A stretch of DNA of 64,000 bases from positions 128,001 through 192,000 of the forward strand of contig CAWJBB010000041.1 in NCBI GenBank assembly GCA_963840855.1, given 5' to 3'. A program made the translations under genes and the position numbers. Positions 30,843-41,981 of this stretch are shown here, piece by piece. Below the pieces are notes generated by a model. The model was not told the DNA's origin. It saw nothing but the letters and a program-made list of their open reading frames with translations, and ran no database searches. Each line of letters starts with the position of its first letter. The stretch's first letter is position 1. Source of the DNA: an uncultured delta proteobacterium (GTDB lineage Bacteria; Desulfobacterota; Binatia; UBA9968).

Positions 30843-32621
30843 ATGAAAAAGACCGGCGCTGAGATATTTTGTGAATCGCTAAGGCATGAAGGCGTTAAGA
30901 CCGTCTTTGGACTGCCCGGCGGCGTCGTTCTAAAAATCTTTGACGTTCTCTGCCAGCAAAAAGACATCGAACTAGTCCTGACCCGCCATGAGCAAGGGGC
31001 GGCCCATATGGCCGAAGGTTATGCCAAAGCAACCGGCAACCCTGGGGTGGTGTTGGTGACGTCCGGGCCAGGGATGACCAACATAGTGACCGGACTTGCC
31101 GACGCTTATATGGATTCCGTGCCGCTGGTCGCATTTACCGGCCAAGTGTCCACCGACTTGATTGGTAACGACGCGTTTCAAGAAGCAGACAATGTCGGCA
31201 TCAGCCGGCCCTGTACGAAACATAACGTGCTGGTCAAGGACGTGAACGAACTGGCGCAGATTATCAAAGAGGCTTTTTATATCGCCACCAGCGGGCGCCC
31301 GGGGCCGGTACTCGTGGATATTCCCAAAGACGTGAGCATGGCGAAGACGGATTTTAAATATCCGGATAAGGTTAACTTGCGCGGCTATAACCCGACGGTG
31401 GTGGGGAATAAAATTCAAATACGCCAGGCCGCGGAAGAAATAATGAAGGCCAGAAAGCCGATCATTTATGTCGGCGGCGGGGCGGTTTTTTCCGATGCCG
31501 CGGATGAGGTGCGCGAGCTGGCCGAGCTTACGCAGATACCCGTAACCATGACGCTAATGGGACTGGGGAGTTTTCCTGGCACCCACCCTTTGTCGTTGGG
31601 CATGCTCGGCATGCATGGCGCCTACTGCACGAATATGGCGATGCACCACGCCGACTTGTTAATCGCCGTCGGCGCCCGTTTCGATGACCGGGTCACCGGC
31701 AAGCTCTCGGCTTTTTGTCCCGAGGCCCGGGTGATTCACATTGACATCGATCCGACTTCGATCAAGAAAACCTTTCATGCCCATATTCCAATCGTCGGCG
31801 ACGTCAAAACGGTTCTGCGACAGATCAACGTTATCCTGCGCTCCATGGACGGCAACGCTGCCGAAACGAAAGCGCTTAGAAGCCCATGGCTGAAGCAAAT
31901 CAATACATGGCAGACGACGCATCCGTTGACTTACAAACAGGACGACAAGGTCATCAAGCCGCAATACGTGGTGCAAAAACTATACGAACTGACCAAGCAT
32001 GACGCCATCGTCGCTACGGACGTCGGACAGCATCAGATGTTCGCCGCGCAGTACTTCAAGGGAAACAAGCCACGCACCTGGCTGACCTCCGGTGGGCTCG
32101 GCACCATGGGGTTTGGCTTCCCCGCAGCCATCGGCGCCCAGAAGGCTTTCCCCGACCGCATGGTGGTTTGTATTACCAGCGAAGGCAGCTTTCAGATGAA
32201 TCTTCAGGAGCTCGTGGTGGCCGTGGAACACCAGTTGCCGGTAAAAATAGTGTTGCTTAACAACGGCGTGCACGGCATGGTTCGGCAGTGGCAAGATCTT
32301 TTCTATGAAGGCCGTTATTCGGCTAGCCTACTCGGCAAGATGCCGGATTTCGTGAAATTGGCGGATGCTTATGGCATCCTCGGTTTGCGGGCGCTGAAGC
32401 CGGTCGAGGTGGTGCCTGTGCTCAAGGAAGGGCTCAAGCACAAGGGGCCTGTGCTGATGGATATTCATACCGATCCCTATGAAAACTGCTATCCCATGAT
32501 TCCCGCCGGCGGAGCGCACCATGAAATGATGCTCGAGGATCCGCCCGAACTCAAGCAGGCGCGAAAAGGCGGTGCACAAAAAAGAAAGTTGGATGAGGGG
32601 GAGGGCGTGCTTCCTGCCTAA
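30843..32621 (+). CDS. ilvB: acetolactate synthase large subunit
   Basis: RHEQGAAH, TSGPG, DAFQEAD, DVGQHQM and SGGLGTMG motifs. Confidence 0.96.
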   Translation: MKKTGAEIFCESLRHEGVKTVFGLPGGVVLKIFDVLCQQKDIELVLTRHEQGAAHMAEGYAKATGNPGVVLVTSGPGMTNIVTGLADAYMDSVPLVAFTGQVSTDLIGNDAFQEADNVGISRPCTKHNVLVKDVNELAQIIKEAFYIATSGRPGPVLVDIPKDVSMAKTDFKYPDKVNLRGYNPTVVGNKIQIRQAAEEIMKARKPIIYVGGGAVFSDAADEVRELAELTQIPVTMTLMGLGSFPGTHPLSLGMLGMHGAYCTNMAMHHADLLIAVGARFDDRVTGKLSAFCPEARVIHIDIDPTSIKKTFHAHIPIVGDVKTVLRQINVILRSMDGNAAETKALRSPWLKQINTWQTTHPLTYKQDDKVIKPQYVVQKLYELTKHDAIVATDVGQHQMFAAQYFKGNKPRTWLTSGGLGTMGFGFPAAIGAQKAFPDRMVVCITSEGSFQMNLQELVVAVEHQLPVKIVLLNNGVHGMVRQWQDLFYEGRYSASLLGKMPDFVKLADAYGILGLRALKPVEVVPVLKEGLKHKGPVLMDIHTDPYENCYPMIPAGGAHHEMMLEDPPELKQARKGGAQKRKLDEGEGVLPA

Positions 32622-32633
32622 GTCGCTTCGCGA

Positions 32634-33155
32634 ATGGAACATATCATCTCGGTTCTTGTCGAAAACAAGTTTGGTGTGCTCGCCAGAGTGGCGGGCTTGT
32701 TCAGCGCGCGCGGTTACAATATCGAAAGTTTGTCCGTGGCGCCCACTCTGGACCCGACCGCCTCCATGATCACGATTGTCACCGTTGGTGATGACCCGAT
32801 CATCGAACAGATCATGAAACAATTGAATAAGGTCGTCGAAGTGCTCAAGGTCGTGGATTTGACCGAAACCCAGTTTCTCGACCGGGAAACCGCTCTTATC
32901 AAAGTTCACACCAAAGCGGAACACCGGGACGAAGCGATCCGCATCGCAGATATCTTCCGGGCCAAGATCGTCGACTCGTCGCCGAGCACTTATACTATCG
33001 AGATTACCGGCAACGTCGACAAGGTGGAAGCCTTAATCAATTTGTTGCGTCCGCTGGGCATCAAAGAACTGATTCGCACCGGCAGAATCGCCATTGCCCG
33101 CGAAACCTCTCGCACCGCATCGCCACGCCGCGAGCCGGCGTTGCTGAAAGCATGA
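32634..33155 (+). CDS. ilvN: acetolactate synthase small subunit
   Basis: ACT domain VENKFGVLARVAGLFSARGYNIESL. Confidence 0.96.
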   Translation: MEHIISVLVENKFGVLARVAGLFSARGYNIESLSVAPTLDPTASMITIVTVGDDPIIEQIMKQLNKVVEVLKVVDLTETQFLDRETALIKVHTKAEHRDEAIRIADIFRAKIVDSSPSTYTIEITGNVDKVEALINLLRPLGIKELIRTGRIAIARETSRTASPRREPALLKA

Positions 33156-33396
33156 TGGTTAAATCTACGGTCGTGTAACCAAATTTTCCGCATGGGTTTT
33201 TCGCTGCAAATCAAAGTTTTCGAATTCTCTAGCGCTGAAAGAGCCCTCGGCGACGCGATCAGGGGATGCCGCGCGGAGTTTCGGGCTTTGCATCCGTAAC
33301 CGTCCCATAAGCACCGAACCTTCCGAAATCTCGCTCGCTAACTACTGCAAATTTCCGAACTGTCCCGGCCAAAGGTGATACCTGTCGTCGAGGGGT

Positions 33397-33423
33397 TTAG
33401 CTTTCGGGGATCGCTGCCGATAG
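33397..33423 (+). promoter_or_regulatory. putative sigma28 (FliA)-type promoter
   Basis: TTAG-N15-GCCGATAG versus consensus TAAA-N15-GCCGATAA, upstream of the HD-GYP gene. Confidence 0.45.
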
Positions 33424-33549
33424 GTTTGAATGTCAGCCGCCTCGCAGCCCGCCAAGCTCCACCTGGCTGGAAACGAGAGTAACGTTTCAAGGATTCGAAA
33501 GAGGGATGGAATTGCCAACGGCAACAAAGACCTCGTTGGTTTCGATAAT

Positions 33550-34857
33550 ATGATGGGCTGGCTCGGACGGCGGAGAATACTCGTGAACCTGGAAGAGTCG
33601 AATGCGAGAAAGCGCATCCCGCTGGCACAGCTCCAACGTGGCATGTATGTCGTGGAGCTCGATCAGCCGTGGCTTAAAACTCCTTTTATCTCCCATAGTA
33701 GGCATATCAAGAATGGCGATGAGATTGAGTTGCTCGCGAAGCATGGCATTCGCGAGGTCGTTATCGATCTCGAACGGAGCGTCGATGCCGAGACACCTAA
33801 ACCCCCTCCGGCGCCGGAGCCCATTGTCGAGGAAAACGGATCGATACCTGAATCGACCGCCGCGACACGGGCGCGGCTCCGGGATGAGAGGATTCTCCGG
33901 CCTTTAAATCACGAGCTATCCGTGGCCCGTGGAATCCACAAGGAAGCCCTGGCAGCGGCGCAGAGTGTTTTTGACGGCGTTGGACGCGGATCACGGCTAA
34001 ATAGTCCCGCAGCGAAGCAAACCGTTACCGATCTTCTTGGCAGCGTAACGCGCTCCCCGGAAGCACACCTGCTGCTTATCCAGATGCGCCGCTTTCAGAA
34101 CGATTTATTTACTCACGCGGTAAATGTTTGCGTGCTTTCCCTGGTGGTGGGCACGCTCGAAGGATTTGCCAAAGAGGTTTACGAACTGGGCCTAGGTGCG
34201 CTGTTGCACGATATTGGACAAGTACGCTTACCCCGTAACCTACTTCGCAAGAATGACAGCTTCACCGACCAGGAGCGGCGGCTTGTTGAGCAGCATCCCG
34301 CGCTTGGAGCGGCTGTGCTGGAGCAGGAGGAAAGCGTCCCGACAGCGGCCCGGCGGATCGTGATGGAACATCACGAGCGCCTTAATGGTACTGGCTATCC
34401 GCAGAAGCTCGGCGGCGAAAACATCTCGCCTCTGAGCCAGATAGTCGCCATCACCGACGCCTACGACGCCATGATCATTGGTCGCAATGGCATCCTCCGG
34501 AGACCCATCGATGTGCTACGCCAATTGTATTTGGACGCCAACGCCGGCGCTTTCAGCCGCGATTTAATCGAAAAAGTGATCCGCTCCTTGGGGGTTTATC
34601 CCGTGGGCAGCCTGGTGGAGCTCAACACCGGCGAGCGGGGCATTGTATTGGCGGCGAACCGGAGCGATACCCTTAGGCCAACCATTCGCTTGATCTTGAG
34701 TCGCGATGGCTTGCCCCTATTGAGGGGACCGATACTGAGCCTGGCCGAAGAGAAGTCGGTTGCTATCGGGCGGCAGATTGTGCGGACCTTGGATCCCGGC
34801 AAAGAGCGCATCGACATCATGAGTCACCTGACTCTGGCGACGGGATTAGCAGGGTGA
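33550..34857 (+). CDS. HD-GYP cyclic dinucleotide phosphodiesterase with DUF3391-like N-terminus
   Basis: [22 protein letters not shown] and [11 protein letters not shown] motifs. Confidence 0.9.
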   Translation: MMGWLGRRRILVNLEESNARKRIPLAQLQRGMYVVELDQPWLKTPFISHSRHIKNGDEIELLAKHGIREVVIDLERSVDAETPKPPPAPEPIVEENGSIPESTAATRARLRDERILRPLNHELSVARGIHKEALAAAQSVFDGVGRGSRLNSPAAKQTVTDLLGSVTRSPEAHLLLIQMRRFQNDLFTHAVNVCVLSLVVGTLEGFAKEVYELGLGALLHDIGQVRLPRNLLRKNDSFTDQERRLVEQHPALGAAVLEQEESVPTAARRIVMEHHERLNGTGYPQKLGGENISPLSQIVAITDAYDAMIIGRNGILRRPIDVLRQLYLDANAGAFSRDLIEKVIRSLGVYPVGSLVELNTGERGIVLAANRSDTLRPTIRLILSRDGLPLLRGPILSLAEEKSVAIGRQIVRTLDPGKERIDIMSHLTLATGLAG

Positions 34858-34861
34858 CGGC

Positions 34862-36400
34862 ATGGAGTCGGTAGCTCCGATGATGGTACCACCGCCTGGC
34901 GTTGAAGCTGCCGAGCGAGCGATAGCGCAGCTGCTTCTCGACGCCCTGCCGTCGGCCGCGTTTCTTACGGACGCCGATGGTAGAATCGTTGCGGCCAACG
35001 GGCGGGCGGAACTGCTTCTGGGCTGGGTGGCGCCGGTACTCGAGGGGCAACTGGCCCATGAACTTCTTGACTGCCGTTCGGAGAATCATACCGATGGCGT
35101 GGAAGAGTGTCCCGTCGAAAAAGTCATCCGTGGCGGCAACGTCGAAGCGGCCGCGCGTATGCGGATACTTTGCCGCGACGAAAGCGTTAAGGAAATCGAA
35201 TACCGCTGCGTTCCTTACCCTACCGCAAGAGGGCTCGGCGCGGTTCTGGCGTTTCATGACTTGACGCGGCAGAACGAGTTGGAGAAGGACCTCCGCCGAC
35301 TGGCGTCCATCGCGGAGGAGAGTCCCATCGCCATCGTCGAGCTCAATGAAGACGGAAATTTGATTCACGCCAATCCGGCGATGATGTCTTTAGTGGAGCG
35401 ATTCGGATTCCGCGCCGACGCGCGCCCCGTGATATTGCCTTCTAATGTTGTCAAACTTGTCGCCCATTGTTTGAAAAGCCAAACCCAAATTGACGGCGTA
35501 GAAGTCAACGTGGGAGATAGCCACTACGAGTGGAAAATAGTCCCGGTACTCAGGGAAAATCTGGTGCGGGGTTACGGCATCGACCTCAGCGCGCGCAAAC
35601 ATGCCGAGATGGAACTAATCAGAGCCAAGGCCAAAGCGGAGGTCGCAAACCAAGCGAAATCTGAATTTCTCGCTAACACCAGCCACGAGATTCGTTCGCC
35701 CCTGCATGTCATTCTCGGCATGACCGATCTTTTGGCCGACGGCGATTTGAGTGATGAACAGCGCGCGTATCTCAACACTATTCAGGGTTGCGCCGAATCC
35801 TTAATGTCCGTCATGGGCGATATACTCGACATGGCGGCTCTGGAAGCGGGCAAAGTTACCATTGAGAACGCGTCCTTCGATCTCAGAGTCTTCATGCAAG
35901 AGACTATGGCCTCTTTTAAACCGCTGGCCGAGGAAAGCGGGTTGTGTCTCACCATGGCCATCGGCGCCAAGGTCCCATCGCAAATCCAGTGCGACCGCAA
36001 ACGGCTGAGACAGTTGATTGAAAACCTGCTGTTCAATGCGATCAAGTTCACGGACGACGGAGATGTGGCGGTGGAGGTGGATCGCGATCCCATCTCGGCG
36101 TACTTGGGCCAAGAGAAACCAGGGGACGACGTCCACGGCTCCAGTGGCCACGGCGATTACCTGTTTTTCTCCGTGCGGGATTCGGGCATTGGTATTACGC
36201 GCGATAAACAACAAATTATTTTTAATCCCTTTTCCCAAGTCGATGGAGCGAGCAGCCGCAGCTACGAGGGGATCGGCCTCGGCTTGGCGATCTCCAAGCA
36301 CCTGGTGGAGTTGATGGGCGGAAAAATCGGAGTGGCGAGTGAGCCGCAAAGTGGCAGTCGATTCTGGTTCAGCTTGCCATTGCAACCGATGGCCCGATGA
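34862..36400 (+). CDS. PAS-domain sensor histidine kinase
   Basis: Two PAS-like regions, H-box SHEIRSPL, N-box NAIKFT, and DSGIG and GIGLGL motifs. Confidence 0.92.
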   Translation: MESVAPMMVPPPGVEAAERAIAQLLLDALPSAAFLTDADGRIVAANGRAELLLGWVAPVLEGQLAHELLDCRSENHTDGVEECPVEKVIRGGNVEAAARMRILCRDESVKEIEYRCVPYPTARGLGAVLAFHDLTRQNELEKDLRRLASIAEESPIAIVELNEDGNLIHANPAMMSLVERFGFRADARPVILPSNVVKLVAHCLKSQTQIDGVEVNVGDSHYEWKIVPVLRENLVRGYGIDLSARKHAEMELIRAKAKAEVANQAKSEFLANTSHEIRSPLHVILGMTDLLADGDLSDEQRAYLNTIQGCAESLMSVMGDILDMAALEAGKVTIENASFDLRVFMQETMASFKPLAEESGLCLTMAIGAKVPSQIQCDRKRLRQLIENLLFNAIKFTDDGDVAVEVDRDPISAYLGQEKPGDDVHGSSGHGDYLFFSVRDSGIGITRDKQQIIFNPFSQVDGASSRSYEGIGLGLAISKHLVELMGGKIGVASEPQSGSRFWFSLPLQPMAR

Positions 36401-36440
36401 GCGGAATAACCACAAATGATCCGCTTCGGCGGGCTAAAGT

Positions 36441-36521
36441 TGTTCACGCCGTTCAAAACGTTCAAGCGGTGGAACAGTCCGCAGCGCGTTTTGAACAACT
36501 TGAACGGTTTGAACTTTTTTG
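36441..36521. repeat. GTTCAA/TTGAAC palindromic repeat between convergent genes
   Basis: gttcacgccgttcaaaacgttcaag ... ttgaacaacttgaacggtttgaac. Confidence 0.75.
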
Positions 36522-36565
36522 AGCCCTCGTGGTGAGACCCTATTGTCTCGTCAATCGAGAATCGC

Positions 36566-37438
36566 CTAGGCGGTGAGACGGCGAAGAGCTTCAGCGTATT
36601 TTTCCAAGGTCTTTTGGACGATTTCGGGGGGCAACTCGGGAGGGGGCGATTTCATGTCCCAGGGAAGGTTCAATAGGTAATCGCGCACGAACTGCTTGTC
36701 GAAGCTGTCCGGGGTTTTGCCCGGCTCGTAACCGTCGGCGGGCCAAAATCTGGACGAATCCGGCGTAAGCACTTCATCGATGAGCATGATCTCATTACCC
36801 TCGATGCCAAATTCAAGCTTGGTATCGGCGATGATGATGCCTTTGTTTTCGGCAATCGCACGAGCGCGGTTATAGATCGCAACTGTCGCCTCGCGCATTT
36901 TCTCGGCGATGCGCCGTCCGACCTTTTCGATCGTTTCCTCAAAGGTAATGTTGCGGTCATGCTCGCCTGCGGGCGCCTTGGTGGAAGGGGTGAAGATGGG
37001 CTCGTCAAGGCGGGAGGCTTCGAGCATTCCTTTGGGCAGCGCGATACCGCACACGGCGCCGGTTTTCTGATAATCCTTCCAGCCTGATCCGGCGAGATAA
37101 CCGCGCACCACACATTCCACCGGCGCGGGATAAATTTTCTTTACGAGCATACTGCGTCCCGCCAGGCGTGCTTCGTGCGGCTGGCATGGCGCCGGGAAAT
37201 CATTCACATTCGCTGAAATAAAATGGTGGCGAACGAGATCTTGCATGATCCCGAACCAGAAGACCGAGAGGGCGGTGAGTATCTTGCCCTTATCTGGAAT
37301 AAGAGTGGGGAGGATAATATCGAAGGCTGAAATGCGGTCGCTGGCGACCATCAAAAGCCGGTCGCCGAGATCGTAAATATCGCGCACCTTGCCGCGATTG
37401 AATAGGGTCAGTCCGGAAAGTGGAGCGTCGACCACCAT
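36566..37438 (-). CDS. purC: SAICAR synthetase
   Basis: GKVRDIY, DRISAFD, ADTKLEFG, DEVLTPDSSRFW and DKQFVRD motifs. Confidence 0.97.
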   Translation of the reverse strand: MVVDAPLSGLTLFNRGKVRDIYDLGDRLLMVASDRISAFDIILPTLIPDKGKILTALSVFWFGIMQDLVRHHFISANVNDFPAPCQPHEARLAGRSMLVKKIYPAPVECVVRGYLAGSGWKDYQKTGAVCGIALPKGMLEASRLDEPIFTPSTKAPAGEHDRNITFEETIEKVGRRIAEKMREATVAIYNRARAIAENKGIIIADTKLEFGIEGNEIMLIDEVLTPDSSRFWPADGYEPGKTPDSFDKQFVRDYLLNLPWDMKSPPPELPPEIVQKTLEKYAEALRRLTA

Positions 37439-37530
37439 AGACTAGTTTGTCCCTTCGACGGACCAAAAAGGCAAGGCCCCTACAGTCATACAGTCCCACG
37501 GCTTTGCCGTCGCGCTCGAGCAGCGGTCGT

Positions 37531-37878
37531 TCAAAGGATTTTTTTTACTGCCTCCTCATCGAACCCGGTGAGCTTGGTTTTGCCTTTAATGAGGACCGGG
37601 CGCTTGAGCAGGTTGGGGTCCCGCAACATCAGCTTGATCGCCTCTTCTTTCGACGGCGGCTTCTGCTTCATTTTCTTCTCGCGATAGAGCGGTGTACGGG
37701 TGTTAAGATAGCTCTCGACCGGGCCCGCGCCGATAATCTCGCGCAATTCATTTTCCGAGAGGGGATTTTTCCCGTACTCTCGCGCCTCGAAATCGATATT
37801 TCTTGATTGCAAGAAACTTCTTGCTTTACGGCAAGTCGTTCAGTTTGCTTTATAGATAAACTTGATCTTTTCAGCCAT
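37531..37878 (-). CDS. ArsC/Spx/MgsR-family protein, predicted selenoprotein (UxxC)
   Basis: ATG 37878 gives MAEKIKFIYKAN-TGA-TTCRKARSFL, in frame with the 37531-37812 ORF, which carries PNLLKRPV and GFDEE. Confidence 0.82.
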
Positions 37879-37889
37879 CGTGTTTCAGC

Positions 37890-39266
37890 CTACTTGAAGA
37901 ACTTTGCAACGCGCTCAAAAGCGGCCGGTTCGATTTCGTTGCGCACCGGCCAGCCACCTTTGAGCGGCACGGTGGCATCGATAATCGCCACCGCATCACC
38001 TAACCAGCCGCGGAAACTTTGTACTTCGCGGATGATTTCGATGTCTTTATCCCAATGCACCCGGGTCGCGACCGCCCACATAACCTCTCTTTCATTAAAG
38101 ACGTCGACGTCATCATCGACGATCACCGCGAGTTTCAAGTTCGGCATTTCAACGAAGGCCTGCATCCCTGCTTTGTTGGGTTCGTTTTCGAATTCTTTCT
38201 TGATCGAAATGTAGCAAATGCAGCGACCGCAACCGGAGGACGGAAGGTGAATCGCCTTTATTCCCGGGATGTTTCTCTTGATGACGTTGTAAACGCTGCC
38301 TTCCTTCGGGATACTGCCTAGATTCCAATGGTCCATATGCCCGGGCCAGAAGTCTTCGACGATGGCGTTACGCCGGTGGGTAATCGCCGTAACTTCAATG
38401 ACCGGAACGTCCATTTGCGGCTGAGCGTAACCGAGAATCTCACCGAAGGGGTTTTGTGATTGCCGAACTCCGGGAAGGATTTCGCCTTCGATAATGACCT
38501 CGGCGTCCGCTGGGACCATAAACTCATCGCCCCAAGTCGTCGACGGCGTTAAGCGCAGTGGCTGGCGCAAGAAAGCCGAGGCGGTCAGGTAATCGTTGTT
38601 CCCCATGGGCGTCATACAGCAACTGGAGAGATAGAAAGCCGGATGGTGCCCCAAAATTACGATTACCGGCGCGCGCATTTTCTGTTCCTCGTACTCGCAT
38701 GCCATGGCCTCCAGGTGATGGTGCTTGTGCGCAGAAAAACTCATATGCCGAGGATCATGGAATTTGTTTTTGGTAAATGTGATGTCGTAGAAATCGCTGT
38801 TCAATCCCTTCATGGCGCAGGTCATAGTGTGATAGGGACCGGCGTCGCCCTTTTGGTGCATCGGCATGGGGAGGATCCTGAGATCGGCCTTGTCGCCCGT
38901 AAGCACGACTTCCTTGACGGGGGACTTTTCAGGCGCAATTATTTCGACCTTGCCTTGCTGCAGCTCGAGTTTGGCGACTTCGAGGCTGACGTCCATCGAA
39001 GACTTAATATCGCCCATGTCGAGCGAATCGGCGACATACTGCCGCGTCACCCAGGGGTTGTAAAAAATCGGGAACTCGGACTTCTGCCCGTTGAGCGCAG
39101 GCACGTTTTCGAACAAGACCATTTTAGGCTCGTTACGCAGGTCCAGATGCTTTAGATAGGCTACGGTCTCGTAATTGTTCGCATCGATAAAGTTTTTCTC
39201 TCGGATCACGGAGCCTTCTCGTTTAGCTCCTTCTTGCGCGATAAAACTCGGCAGATCTTTAACCAT
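37890..39266 (-). CDS. UbiD-family decarboxylase (divergent)
   Basis: DLRILP, DAGPY, VPADAEVIIEG, PFGE and VIVDDDVDVF...VMWAVATR motifs. Confidence 0.9.
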   Translation of the reverse strand: MVKDLPSFIAQEGAKREGSVIREKNFIDANNYETVAYLKHLDLRNEPKMVLFENVPALNGQKSEFPIFYNPWVTRQYVADSLDMGDIKSSMDVSLEVAKLELQQGKVEIIAPEKSPVKEVVLTGDKADLRILPMPMHQKGDAGPYHTMTCAMKGLNSDFYDITFTKNKFHDPRHMSFSAHKHHHLEAMACEYEEQKMRAPVIVILGHHPAFYLSSCCMTPMGNNDYLTASAFLRQPLRLTPSTTWGDEFMVPADAEVIIEGEILPGVRQSQNPFGEILGYAQPQMDVPVIEVTAITHRRNAIVEDFWPGHMDHWNLGSIPKEGSVYNVIKRNIPGIKAIHLPSSGCGRCICYISIKKEFENEPNKAGMQAFVEMPNLKLAVIVDDDVDVFNEREVMWAVATRVHWDKDIEIIREVQSFRGWLGDAVAIIDATVPLKGGWPVRNEIEPAAFERVAKFFK

Positions 39267-39343
39267 GGCGGTACTCCTCTATTCCGTTTGAACAAAAAGT
39301 ATCATCTTTACTTAGATGAATCGCCTAGGGAGTTCAAGGGAGC

Positions 39344-40873
39344 TTAGCTCTTGAGAAGTCCTTTGAAGGCGTTCCATTTGTTACGCCAACCCGAGCGGCA
39401 AAGTAGGCGCAGCAGCTGGCGCACCTGGCGGGCCTTTTTGTCACTGGCGGGATACCAGGGGAACTCTTCTTTCAAGCCGAACCGATCCGTAACAATAGAT
39501 TTCTGGCGGCAATACTTTCGGATGCCTTCGGCGCCATGGCGGTGGCCGAAGCCGCTCTCTTTAATTCCTCCCATCGGCGTATCAGGAATGATGTAATTAA
39601 CCAGGCTGTCATTGACGCAAACCGCGCCGACTTCAATTTGCTCGGCCAGCTTCGCGGCGGCGTCCCGGTCACGGCAGAAAATGCTGGCGCCCAAACCATA
39701 GCATGAGTCGTTGGCCAAGCGCATCGCTTCGGCGGCATCAGCGACCTTCATGATCGGGATCACCGGGCCGAAGGTCTCATCTTTCATTACGCTCATATCG
39801 TGATCGACATCAACCAATACCGTGGGCTCAAAATACAGGCCCGGAAAGTTCGGATTTCGTCTGCCGCCCACAAGAACTTTGGCCCCGCGCAGAACCGCCT
39901 CATCGACTTGCGCCGCGACTTTCCCGAGCTGGGCATCAGAGGTCATACTCCCGATGTCGACCAGCTCTTCGCTCGGGCCCTGGCGGATGGCGCGGCTTTT
40001 GGCGCAAACGCGCGCGACGAAATCATCATAAACCGGGGCTTCGACATAAACCCGTTCAATGGACGTGCAGGCCTGGCCCGCGTTCATCAGCGCGCCCCAC
40101 ACGCAGGCTCCGGCGGCGCGTTCAAGATCAGCATCTTTGAGCACGATCATCGGGTCTTTGCCGCCAAGTTCTAACGATACCGGAATGAGCCGCTCGGCGG
40201 CCCGGCGCATCACCTTTTTGCCCGTGGCGACGCTGCCGGTAAAGCTCACCATGTCGACATGATCGATCACAGCCTCGGCAGTTTCGCCACGGCCAATAAC
40301 GACCTGGAGAAGATGATTTGGAAAGCCGGCCTTGAGAACTAACTCGGCGCCAAAAATTGCGGAAAGCGGCGTCAGTTCGGATGGTTTGATAACCACCGCG
40401 TTTCCCGCCATGAGCGCCGGTAGAGCCTCGCCCAGGGTCAACGTCAACGGAAAATTCCACGGGCTGATGATGCCGACGACGCCGCGCGGCGCATACGTGG
40501 AAACGACCTTTTTCGCTTTCATCAGCGGGAAATGCGGGCGAATTTTCTTCGGACCGAGATACCCCGCGCTTTTCTTGGCCCAGACGCCGATGGCATCGCA
40601 AAGATAGAAGAGCTCGTTGCCGTAGGCTTCCGTTCGCGGCCGTCCCGTCTCCGCTGTCAAAACATCGGCCAATCTATCTTGCTCGTCGAGCAACAAATCG
40701 CGCAGGCGATAGAGTAGTTTTGCTCGATGTGGGAAGGTCGAGGTCCGCCAGAGAGCCTGCGCTTTGCGCCCGCGGGCGACGGCTTCAGCGACCTCCGCCC
40801 GCGAGGCGACTGGCAGTTCAGCGAGTTTCTTCAGCGTCGCCGGACTGCGTACTTCGATTGTTTCGTGCTGCAT
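39344..40873 (-). CDS. aldehyde dehydrogenase
   Basis: SPWNFP, FTGS, LELGGKD, GQAC and ETFGP motifs. Confidence 0.94.
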   Translation of the reverse strand: MQHETIEVRSPATLKKLAELPVASRAEVAEAVARGRKAQALWRTSTFPHRAKLLYRLRDLLLDEQDRLADVLTAETGRPRTEAYGNELFYLCDAIGVWAKKSAGYLGPKKIRPHFPLMKAKKVVSTYAPRGVVGIISPWNFPLTLTLGEALPALMAGNAVVIKPSELTPLSAIFGAELVLKAGFPNHLLQVVIGRGETAEAVIDHVDMVSFTGSVATGKKVMRRAAERLIPVSLELGGKDPMIVLKDADLERAAGACVWGALMNAGQACTSIERVYVEAPVYDDFVARVCAKSRAIRQGPSEELVDIGSMTSDAQLGKVAAQVDEAVLRGAKVLVGGRRNPNFPGLYFEPTVLVDVDHDMSVMKDETFGPVIPIMKVADAAEAMRLANDSCYGLGASIFCRDRDAAAKLAEQIEVGAVCVNDSLVNYIIPDTPMGGIKESGFGHRHGAEGIRKYCRQKSIVTDRFGLKEEFPWYPASDKKARQVRQLLRLLCRSGWRNKWNAFKGLLKS

Positions 40874-40944
40874 GCAGGGTGGATATCAAAAATGGCGTAC
40901 GGAAATCGGCGAGCCGCACCAAGCATCGCCCAGGCATCCGCTTC

Positions 40945-41733
40945 TCAGATCATGGTTTGACCGCCGCAGATATTGATCGCCTGCCCGGTCATGCCGCGCG
41001 CCTGTTCCGATGCGACATAACACACCAGCTCGGCGACTTCGTCCGCATCGATAAATCGTTGGATGGGCACGGCGGCCATCGCCTGGGCCTTGAATTGTTC
41101 AGGCGTGATCCCTTGAAGCGCGGCCGTTTCATTGATGCCGCGGGTCGCCATTGCCGTATCCACCCAGCCTGGGCAAATAGCATTTACCGTTATGCCCCGG
41201 CCAACGACTTCCAACGCCAAGGCGCGCGTAAACCCGATCATGCCGTGCTTAGCAGTGCAATAGGCGCTATATCCAGGCACACCGAATTTTCCCAATACCG
41301 ATGAAATATTGATTACGCGCCCGCCTTGGTGGTCGGGCATGTGGCGGAGGACTTCCTTGGTTATGAGGTACATGCCGTTCAAATTGGTGTCGACAATGTC
41401 GTACCAGCAGGAGTCATCCGGGTCGTCGATCTTGCTCAGGCCGGAAATACCGGCGTTGTTCACCAAGATATGAATTGCTCCCCAGCGCTCACTGACTTCG
41501 CCCACGGCCCGCTGCATTTCTGCCTTCGACCGGACATTCATAGTCACGGGCAATACGGCGAGGCCTTTGGATCGAAACTCGTCGGCCGCCTCGTCGAGAT
41601 GCGCTCGATTGCGTGAGGCAATGGCGACCCGGGCGCCGCAGGTCGCGAGACTGCCCGCGATAGCCTTGCCGATGCCCGTCCCTCCCCCCGTAACAACAGC
41701 GATTTTGCCCGTTAATTGGATTTCCAAAGACAT
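40945..41733 (-). CDS. SDR-family oxidoreductase
   Basis: TGGGTGIG, NNAG, YCTAK and CPGWVDT motifs. Confidence 0.93.
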   Translation of the reverse strand: MSLEIQLTGKIAVVTGGGTGIGKAIAGSLATCGARVAIASRNRAHLDEAADEFRSKGLAVLPVTMNVRSKAEMQRAVGEVSERWGAIHILVNNAGISGLSKIDDPDDSCWYDIVDTNLNGMYLITKEVLRHMPDHQGGRVINISSVLGKFGVPGYSAYCTAKHGMIGFTRALALEVVGRGITVNAICPGWVDTAMATRGINETAALQGITPEQFKAQAMAAVPIQRFIDADEVAELVCYVASEQARGMTGQAINICGGQTMI

Positions 41734-41981
41734 TCTATGGCCCTTTGGAATTGGTAGCCGCTTTTGTCTAAAAACGCAATCAAGACATCGCTGGGCCGTT
41801 ATGAAAGAGAATTCACGCGATATCGGCTTTACTATTGGAGATAGTGGCCGATGCTAGCGCTATAGGGATTGCACACTCCTACCGCGAGGAGGCAATCGCC
41901 GAGATCCAGGAATTGTGGACGGGATAACGCCCGTGCCATTAGGAGACCGCCAAAAAGCGCTGAAGGGGAGAGCAGATATTC

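Noticed and set aside
41860-41940. Hairpins upstream of pilT as a c-di-GMP riboswitch
   Set aside because: Lacks the GEMM consensus elements. Generic stems only.
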